Of a stretch of 64,000 nt of DNA, positions 56,184 through 64,000 are shown in pieces. The position numbers were made by a program, and so were the translations under genes. The first letter of the stretch is position 1, and each line of letters starts with the position of its first letter. The notes beneath the pieces are model-generated. The model had not been told where the DNA came from. It saw only the letters and a list, made by a program, of their open reading frames with translations, and made no database searches. This DNA is from Hormiphora californensis (lineage: Eukaryota > Animalia > Ctenophora), in contig CM035357.1 of the NCBI GenBank assembly GCA_020137815.1, positions 806,001 to 870,000 on the forward strand, given 5' to 3'.

Positions 56184-59100
56184 ATGTCTCTTTTGTCGCA
56201 GTTTGAGCTGGCTTGTAAGAGGGTTGAACAGTCTGACATAACCAAGTTTGCTGTTACCGACCTGGTCGAGTTGTATGGCCTCTACAAACAAGCAACGGTG
56301 AGTTATTCTAATTACATTCATAAACATTCATAAAATAGATTAAGTTAGGTACACAAAGTTTCAGCTCAGCAAAAGCTAACACTCAGAAGACAATACGTCA
56401 GCGATTTATATGTGCAGTCAAGTCACGATTAAAAGCAAAATAACTTCATGAATCGCTCATCTCTCTAAAAACACTTGGGTCATTCCTCCAATCGAAAAGG
56501 GAGTTACTATGCTCCACACGATAACCGCGAACAGGTGGCTGATCAGGGATAGTGGATAAGTAGGATCCAAGGGACTGCTTCAGCTCGAGAAGTGAGATAG
56601 ATCCTCTCACTGCACGGGGCAAGGAGTTCCAAATCTGGGCTCCTCTTACACAGAAAGATGCATCATATGGGCCAGAGATGGTTTTGGCTGCGAGGTAATT
56701 ATAACGGGGAATCACTGCCCTAATACCAAGACGGGGGTGCTCATTCTATTTAGGTGCCGGCAGGCACCTCCGACCCGAAGAAAACAGCAAAAAACGAAAA
56801 AAAGAAAAAAAATTTTTGCCCCTGCACAAAAACCCAAAAATGCCGGCCCTATTAAGAACAAAGAAAGGTCTTTTTTTTGGGGGGGGGCAAAAAACATGTC
56901 AACGATTGTGGCCACACCGTTTGAGATATCGACTTGAAATTTTGTAGGCATGTTCTTGTAGTATTCCTTTGTGTCATGACGTTGGCGGATTTTTGAATTT
57001 TTAATTAATTAATTAATTATAGGTAATTAAAAACGGTGCAAGGGCACCGTGCCCCTGCACATTGCGTGTTATGTCCCTTGCACCGCGCCCTTGCACCAAA
57101 TTCTATTTTCCGTTCTGCTTAAAATATCGACTTGAAACTTTGTAGGAATGTTCTTCAATCATAAAAGATGATGTTCGAAAAGTGGGAATAGTCAAAATTA
57201 ATTAATTAGTTAGTTAGAGCCGTGCAAAAAATGGAATTTGGTGCAAGGGCAGGCAATGTGCAAGGGCAAATGGTGCAAGGGCAGCCCTTGCCACCAATTT
57301 TATGATCGAACTGTGTCCACACAGTTTAATATTTTGACACGAAACTTTCTATGCATGTTCTAGTAGCATAACTACGAGTACTAGAAGAGCCGTATGATTA
57401 ATATATCAATTAGGTAATTAATTATAGGCAAATTAATTAAATTTGCCCCTGCACAATTTGTGCAAATTTCCCCTGAACATGTGCCCTTGCACCATTTTGT
57501 TTGCCCATGCACTAAATTATATTTTCCGTTCTGCTTAAAATATCGACTTGAAACTTTCTAGGAATGTTCTTCATGCATAAAACATATAATATAATCTACA
57601 GAAAGTGGGAATAGTCAAAATTAATTAATTAATTACTTAGAGATTAATTTTGGGGTGGCCCCTGCACAATTTTGGCAAATTTGATATTCAAACTTTGAGC
57701 CTTTGTGAAAGTAATGAAAATTATTTATTTCAGGTTATGATGAACAATAAGCTATAAAAACGCCCCTTTTTGTTACACAAGCCTGTGCTTGGTATCGAAG
57801 ACACCTCACACTCTGTCGCCGGGCGACCTTCGCGTGCACACGCTGGCAAGGGGTAACTTCGTAACCAAAGCCTGTGCATTGTGCATAATGAAATGGATAA
57901 ATTTTCATCCAGTTGCTGGCGATAGAACTCGATAGAGTTCGATTGATTTACCATGACAACGGAGTTGGTTACCATACTAACCAGAGAATTCGTTGTAAAA
58001 TAGTCCTTTCTTGGCAGGTGAGTAGAACTTCGCTCCTAATAAAAGGCTGCAATAAAAGGCTGCAGAAAAAGGCTGCAATAAAAGGCTGCAATAAAAGGCT
58101 GCAATAAAAGGCTGCAATAAAAGGCTGCAATAAAAGGCTGCAAGGGATCACGTATCTAACCAGACTAAAGCGGGGAATAGACCGAATCGTCCTACCCTAA
58201 TAGTGTTTCGTATCACGTATCGGCTGTAGAGAGACGGAATCACCCTCCCCTAATTATAGTGATTCGTGTCACGTATCCAACTAGACCATATGCGATAGAG
58301 ACCGAGATAGAGAGCGAGTACGAGTGAGAACTGAGAGAGTGAAAAATCAGAATCACGGTATGGTATCACGTACCATGGTATCCTCTAATGAAAAGCGGTT
58401 ACCAATTGACAATGAGACCTCATCGGTCCCGATACGTGATTCTCTACCGCTATGTATTCTCCATTAGTCTTTCCGTATCGATCCACGATTCAGAGGCAGT
58501 CAGTAACTACTGAGAGTGTTGGTCTAACTGTCTGGCTCCGCGACCCATCTGAGCGCACTTTGAGAATCAAATTGGGGTCTGGCGCCGCCAGACAGTGGTC
58601 TAATGAGGTAGCTACCTACCGGTACGATAGATCCATTGATTGAGCGTGTAGCACAATGACAGGTGAACCACCCAACCACTTGGTTCACCTATCATAGTAT
58701 TATGTGTGATTCCGCTCTACTGAATTGTGTACATAAAGACTATTGGCGAATAACGGTAGAAAATCAGTAATCACGTATTGGCACCGATTAGGTGAAATTA
58801 TAGGTAACCGCCTTTCATTTAATCAACCAACACTCTCAGTAGTTACTGACTACCTCTACTGAATCGTTGATCGATACGGAAAGACTAATGGAGAATACAT
58901 AGCGGTAGAGAATCACGTATCGGGACCGATGAGGTCTCATTGTCAATTGGTAACCGCTTTTCATTAGAGGATACCATGGTACGTGATACCATACCGTGAT
59001 TCTGATTTTTCACTCTCTCAGTTCTCACTCGTACTCGCTCTCTATCTCGGTCTCTATCGCATTATATGGTCTAGTTGGATACGTGACACGAATCACTATA

Positions 59101-62100
59101 ATTAGGGGAGGGTGATTCGGTCTCTCTACAGCCGATACGTGTCGATACGAAACACTATTAGGGTAGGACGATTCGGTCTATTCCCCGCTTTAGTCTGGTT
59201 AGATACGTGATCCCTTGCAGCCTTTTATTGCAGCCTTTTATTGCAGCCTTTTTCTGCAGCCTTTTTCTGCAGCCTTTTATTGCAGCCTTTTATTGCAGCC
59301 TTTTATTGCAGCCTTTTTCTGCAGCCTTTTATTGCAGCCTTTTATTGCAGCCTTTTATTAGGAGCGAAGTTCTACTCACCTGCCCCTTTCTTGCTATAAA
59401 CTCGGCCTTTAGATAGAAAATTGATTTTATTCTACTCGCACTAATGCAAGGGCATTTCACAGTTTGGTGCCGTTATTTTTGTCTCTATTTTTAATAGGAT
59501 TTTGGGATTACGCGAAAACCAAAGAAAACGAATTTTCTGTGTTACGAACGTTTCATGGATAAACCAATCTTCAGACGATAGAAAACATATTCACTTTCGG
59601 TCATAAAACCACCACTACTCCTTTATAAAAACATCCCTATATGAACACACATCAATACAATTAAAATTCCAAAAACCCTATTATTAATTTACATTTATTA
59701 GTTTAAATTTACGTTTATGTCTACATTTTGATATTAATTCCGATCTACTATTCAACAACCCTTTCCCTTTCAAAATATAATATTTCTCTAAACTACATAA
59801 ACCGCATCTCTTTTTTGTCGGGTCATAGGTGTCGGTACTGTCGATCAGTCTCCAGTCAATAGTGTGTCTGATGTCTCTGTCTTTTAGTCTCCAAACATGC
59901 TTTGACAGCTCCGTCGATTGTTTCTTGTCCTCCTTGCTGAAAGATTGCTTATGATTGTAGAAGCGCTCTTTGAAGGTGTTGCCCGCTAACCCGATGTATT
60001 TCTTTTCCCCTTCCACTGACCTCACTGTAGCTTCGTAAATAATTCCCCTCCTCAAACATTTTCCTCCCACTGGGCAATTATTTTTGACTCTGCAGTTGCA
60101 CCCTCCCTCCATCTCCTCCCTAGTATCTCCATTGTTCTGGTCCTCCAGTATCCTCTTGTTCTGCCCATTTATGGAACACTCGATGTTGGGCATACAACTG
60201 TATGAAAGTTTGACTGTGTTGCGGTTTATAAGTTTACTGATAGGTGTTCCCCTGGGGAAGTGCCGGTTAATCAAACTAATGAACCTACTTCCTATCTTTG
60301 TCACCACGTTCATACTCAAGGAACGTGGTGACAAAGATAGGAAGTAGGTTCATTAGTTTGATTAACCGGCACTTCCCCAGGGGAACACCTATCAGTAAAC
60401 TTATAAACCGCAACACAGTCAAACTTTCATACAGTTGTATGCCCAACATCGAGTGTTCCATAAATGGGCAGAACAAGAGGATACTGGAGGACCAGAACAA
60501 TGGAGATACTAGGGAGGAGATGGAGGGAGGGTGCAACTGCAGAGTCAAAAATAATTGCCCAGTGGGAGGAAAATGTTTGAGGAGGGGAATTATTTACGAA
60601 GCTACAGTGAGGTCAGTGGAAGGGGAAAAGAAATACATCGGGTTAGCGGGCAACACCTTCAAAGAGCGCTTCTACAATCATAAGCAATCTTTCAGCAAGG
60701 AGGACAAGAAACAATCGACGGAGCTGTCAAAGCATGTTTGGAGACTAAAAGACAGAGACATCAGACACACTATTGACTGGAGACTGATCGACAGTACCGA
60801 CACCTATGACCCGACAAAAAAGAGATGCGGTTTATGTAGTTTAGAGAAATATTATATTTTGAAAGGGAAAGGGTTGTTGAATAGTAGATCGGAATTAATA
60901 TCAAAATGTAGACATAAACGTAAATTTAAACTAATAAATGTAAATTAATAATAGGGTTTTTGGAATTTTAATTGTATTGATGTGTGTTCATATAGGGATG
61001 TTTTTATAAAGGAGTAGTGGTGGTTTTATGACCGAAAGTGAATATGTTTTCTATCGTCTGAAGATTGGTTTATCCATGAAACGTTCGTAACACAGAAAAT
61101 TCGTTTTCTTTGGTTTTCGTGTTAATAGCTCTCTGAAAAGATTGAGCACTATATATATATAGCCATCAAGCTAATTTTGTATTAGGATTTTGGGATTAGA
61201 CTGAAAGTATGGGATCATTTGAGAAGTAGTGAAGATTTGAAAATGTTAGCAACTTGCCGGTTCGACAAACTAAACCCATATGATTCCAACTTCGGGTCGG
61301 ACGAGGGGAAGCTTGCCTTTTGCGAACATACCGTCTGTTTGGTAATTTGTTGATCTACCGTCTACCGAACCCTCATAGAGCAAATAAATGACGGTGTGAG
61401 CCACACAAGTAACTTAACAAACAAGCATTGGTGACTACCGTCTGCTAACTTTTTGATAACTAACTCCAGTGCTACATCGGGGGGGGGGGGCAAGTTACCA
61501 ACCGATAAATTCTCTCTGGGCAGGGAAGGACCTAGCCTTTTACTGTAACAGTTTCGTACTTCATTATAAATCGAAATGTATACAATTCGCTTTAAAAATC
61601 ACGGGGAAGGGATTTGATAGATTTCTCATTTGTCAAAATGTGACAAAGTGTAGAGAAAGAACATGCTGAGATTTTATATGCTAATTTAATAACTGAGAAT
61701 ATATTATTTCATAGTTGCGGTGAGGTCATTATCTCTATGTATATCTCTTTATATATATTCCCCTCTCTAAGGCTAAGCTAACCTTCTAAGCCGGTCATGT
61801 TCTAACAGTCTTTTAGATAATTGCTAAGAGTCTTAGCGAATTTAGAATTGTTAGACTGCCAGAACATGACCGGCTCGGAAGGTTTACTACCCCTCCTTTA
61901 CTCAATCACCCACCATATTACTGCTTATCAATCTCTGGATGGGTTTTTAAGAAACCATCTCAATTGTGGTGAATTGTTGAGCAAGAAGGAAACTGGAGAG
62001 ACAGAGAGGGAGTGAGAAACAGCGAGACAGAGACACTCAGAGAGATTCCCCTCAAACAACCTGTTCCCCAGCATCCACCCAAACGTTTATTGCTTTTACC

Positions 62101-62198
62101 AGGTTGGTGATTGTAACACGGAGCGGCCGAAATATCCCAACTTCAAAGGAATGACTAGATGGGATTCTTGGAAGGGAAAAGCTGGTAAGGATGGAGTG

Positions 62199-62291
<93 letters not shown>

Positions 62292-62303
62292 ATCTCTCTC
62301 TCT

Positions 62304-62349
<46 letters not shown>

Positions 62350-62559
62350 TTCTCTCTCTCTCCTCTCTCACCATGCCCTATACAAACATATTAATATTCT
62401 GAGAGTCACTCCTTCCCCCTCAACTCTCACAAACCTCGCTTGTACCAAAAGTGGGTATAAGCAAATGAAATCTCACATATATGTGTTCTAGGTACGGAAA
62501 AAGATTCAGCCATGGAACAGTATACCAATCTTGTGGAGACCATGTTTAAAGCGGTGTAA
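56184..62559 (+). CDS. DBI: Acyl-CoA-binding protein (87 aa; exons 56184-56297, 62103-62184, 62492-62559)
   Basis: LVELYGLYKQAT|VGDCNTERP...WDSWKGKAG.EKDSAMEQY: ACBP signature; exon phases are compatible. Confidence 0.93.
56350..56746 (-). mobile_element. 3' fragment of a CR1-type LINE (different family from 16702-21565)
   Basis: NEHPRLGIRAVIP..SFCVRGAQIWNSLP..LSTIPDQP..Y....NSL, typical ORF2 C-terminus. Confidence 0.8.
58013..59384. mobile_element. Foldback DNA transposon, ~510-560-bp arms, 8-bp TSD, 13-bp subterminal repeats
   Basis: cctttctt|ggcaggtgagtagaac ... gttctactcacctgcc|cctttctt; empty site seen in copy 1 (~15014-15021). Confidence 0.92.
58528..58595. mobile_element. Micro-MITE with CTGTCTGGC termini and 8-bp TSD (relatives at ~23385-23424 and 46085-46181)
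   Basis: tggtctaa|ctgtctggc ... gccagacag|tggtctaa. Confidence 0.8.
60313..60948 (+). pseudogene. Penelope RT-thumb remnant plus GIY-YIG endonuclease (mirror copy at 59684-60311 on the minus strand)
   Basis: KLSYSCMPN, CNCR..CP..GKC, GIIYEA..YIG..FKERFYNH, CGLC..EK, LLNSRSE..KCRH; no RT core and no native start codon. Confidence 0.9.
61047..61099 (+). ncRNA. Minimal type I hammerhead ribozyme in the Penelope pseudo-LTR (mirror at 59533-59585, minus strand)
   Basis: ttttctatcgt-CTGAAGA-t(tgg tttat cca)t-GAAA-cgttc-GTA-acacagaaaa: core boxes, stem II, short stem III and stem I pairing. Confidence 0.75.
62202..62370. repeat. (CT)n microsatellite in ACBP intron 2
   Basis: Direct reading. Confidence 0.95.
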
Positions 62560-63726
62560 CTCTTTCCTATAAGATACCATCGTCCATCAAAGACTTTACT
62601 CGATCGCACGTTCTGTGACATTTGAAGTTTGAATGGCAATAACTCATTATGAAGATTTATGAAGTACACTGTATGTTTATGAGATATTATTTAATAAATC
62701 CGAGAGAATGCCTGTGTAACAGTCCCTTGTACGTGATAAATGTATGTGCATGTGTAATGTCACATTTGGCACACAGCCATCCCACTGTGCGGCACGCGCG
62801 AACACCGAACAGAAATGGTGTTGAGATCTTGGCGCGAGTAGCGCGCGCACTTAAATCATATGAGGACGCGCCCTGTTTTTAACGCTGACAAGGGCCATGA
62901 ATTTCGCGCGTTACATTTAGTTTTAGTAAATGCAGCGCATTCGTAATCCAAATGTTTTAAAATTTATTTTATTTTATTTTTTCTTATTTTTTGGTGAATT
63001 TCAAATTTGAGTTTTGAAAAGCGCTGCCTTATCCCGCGCCAGCAACGTTTGCCAATGAAAAGCGCTTGGGTCTGTAAAAAAATCACATGCCAAACAGCGA
63101 CTCAAAAAATTTCAAAAGCCTCCAGGAGCTTCCGTGAGACACACAATTGGCATGCACTGCAGTTCCCTAGTGTGCACGTATTTTGGCGGCACCCGTGAGG
63201 GGAACTGCAGCGTAGGCCAAGATACATGGGTCGCACCACATGATATGCATGACAGCAAGAGGCACCTCCTCTCATACTGTGATGAATCTTATGTGTAAGT
63301 CCTGTGAGTCTCCACTCTCTTTAGGTAACTGCTGTTGTGCTATTAGCCTCGGCCTCTGTCAGAGCATTGGCCTGACCCATTCTCGCTTCTCTCTGTTCTG
63401 CACGCGGAGCGCGCGAGAACTGTGGTCAGAGCATTGGCCTGACAGCTCGGCCTAGAAGCGTATATTAATGTACTTAATTTTTAACTATATTTTATACGTA
63501 TAGTGTAAGAGCGGGAGAGTCATATATTTTCTTATATTGACTTGATATAAATTGTGAAGTTCATATTCATATTCATCTTGTGGAGTAGGGTTTACCGGAG
63601 GAAGGTAGGGCCGCTAAGATATTCAACATTTATACTGTCTCCTTCCAGCGATGTAGAAACGAACCTGACATGTTTGGCTGCCCTGGCGTATCCATGATTT
63701 CTTTTTAATCAATTTACAGATGAAAT

Positions 63727-63956
63727 ATGAACAAAAATGGCTGCCAAATTACTAAGCACTCTATCCAGAGAGTTCCGTCAAGCGACCAGCGGGGCACAAA
63801 GTACGGTTCAAAATCTCGGAGTGACAGCTCGATCACAGTGAACAAAGATTTATCCTTCCTTGGCTATTTCTTCTTTACGGTGTTTCTTCTGGTGATATGG
63901 TCTATCATGCTGATTCCGTCTGCCGTGCACTTCTTCCCGCACATTGTTAGCCATGG
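63727..63956 (+). CDS. Probable first coding exon of a membrane protein (continues beyond the window)
   Basis: Hydrophilic N-terminus, a hydrophobic helix (FLGYFFFTVFLLVIWSIMLIPSAV), then donor gtgagt. Confidence 0.55.
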
Positions 63957-64000
63957 GTGAGTGACATACTTAAATTTTCGATTGTTTATGATGTATTTTC

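Larger units (their letters stand above)
59511..61182 (+). mobile_element. 5'-truncated Penelope-like element (Naiad-like) arranged as a hairpin; 16-bp TSD
   Basis: Arms 59511-60311 and 60321-61121, 9-nt loop, 61-nt extra tail on the right; TSD taggattttgggatta at 59495-59510 and 61183-61198. Confidence 0.92.
56749..61328. mobile_element. Element X, copy 2 (internal deletion; hosts a foldback and a Penelope insertion)
   Basis: Collinear with 13223-15269 except it lacks ~13455-14010 and has two insertions; TA on both sides. Confidence 0.9.

Noticed and set aside
59684-60948. Two divergently transcribed stand-alone GIY-YIG nuclease genes
   Set aside because: They are mirror arms of one truncated Penelope insertion; the listed starts are non-ATG codons derived from the opposite arm.
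60313-61182. Selenoprotein-type Naiad with UGA recoding
   Set aside because: No in-frame TGA in the retained ORF; all motif positions are Cys and the stop is TAA.

Overview
Eukaryotic (animal) genomic DNA with short GT-AG introns and dense MITE/foldback repeats. It is probably a cydippid ctenophore (Pleurobrachia/Hormiphora-like); this is recalled from repeat-family resemblance and not verified. The + strand carries, in order: MCMDC2 (complete at 6964-23882, preceded by two partial copies at 8-594 and 595-3330), a KIF17/OSM-3 kinesin-2 (24279-45772), a two-pore K+ channel, ATP synthase factor B (ATP5S-like), ISCU, ACBP/DBI and the first exon of a membrane protein. Two intronless antisense lectin-like genes are nested in introns of MCMDC2 and KIF17. 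Mobile DNA includes an intact two-ORF CR1/L2-type LINE inside a foldback MITE, a Penelope (Naiad-like) 801-bp-arm hairpin with hammerhead ribozymes, Helitron/Helentron-like elements and many MITEs. Most notable: (1) the KIF17 stalk contains about 815 aa from 17 exons forming eight ~100-aa LTxxQ super-repeats; (2) about ten splice junctions have been amplified into tandem arrays of decoy splice sites, up to 22 decoy acceptors, one of which would remove the basic KIF17 C-terminal tail; (3) a MITE inserted inside a splice acceptor that its own target-site duplication (TSD) rebuilds; (4) a self-primed Penelope hairpin; (5) a TA-flanked element family with asymmetric ends. All gene models were built by hand, and homologies are from recall, not from searches.
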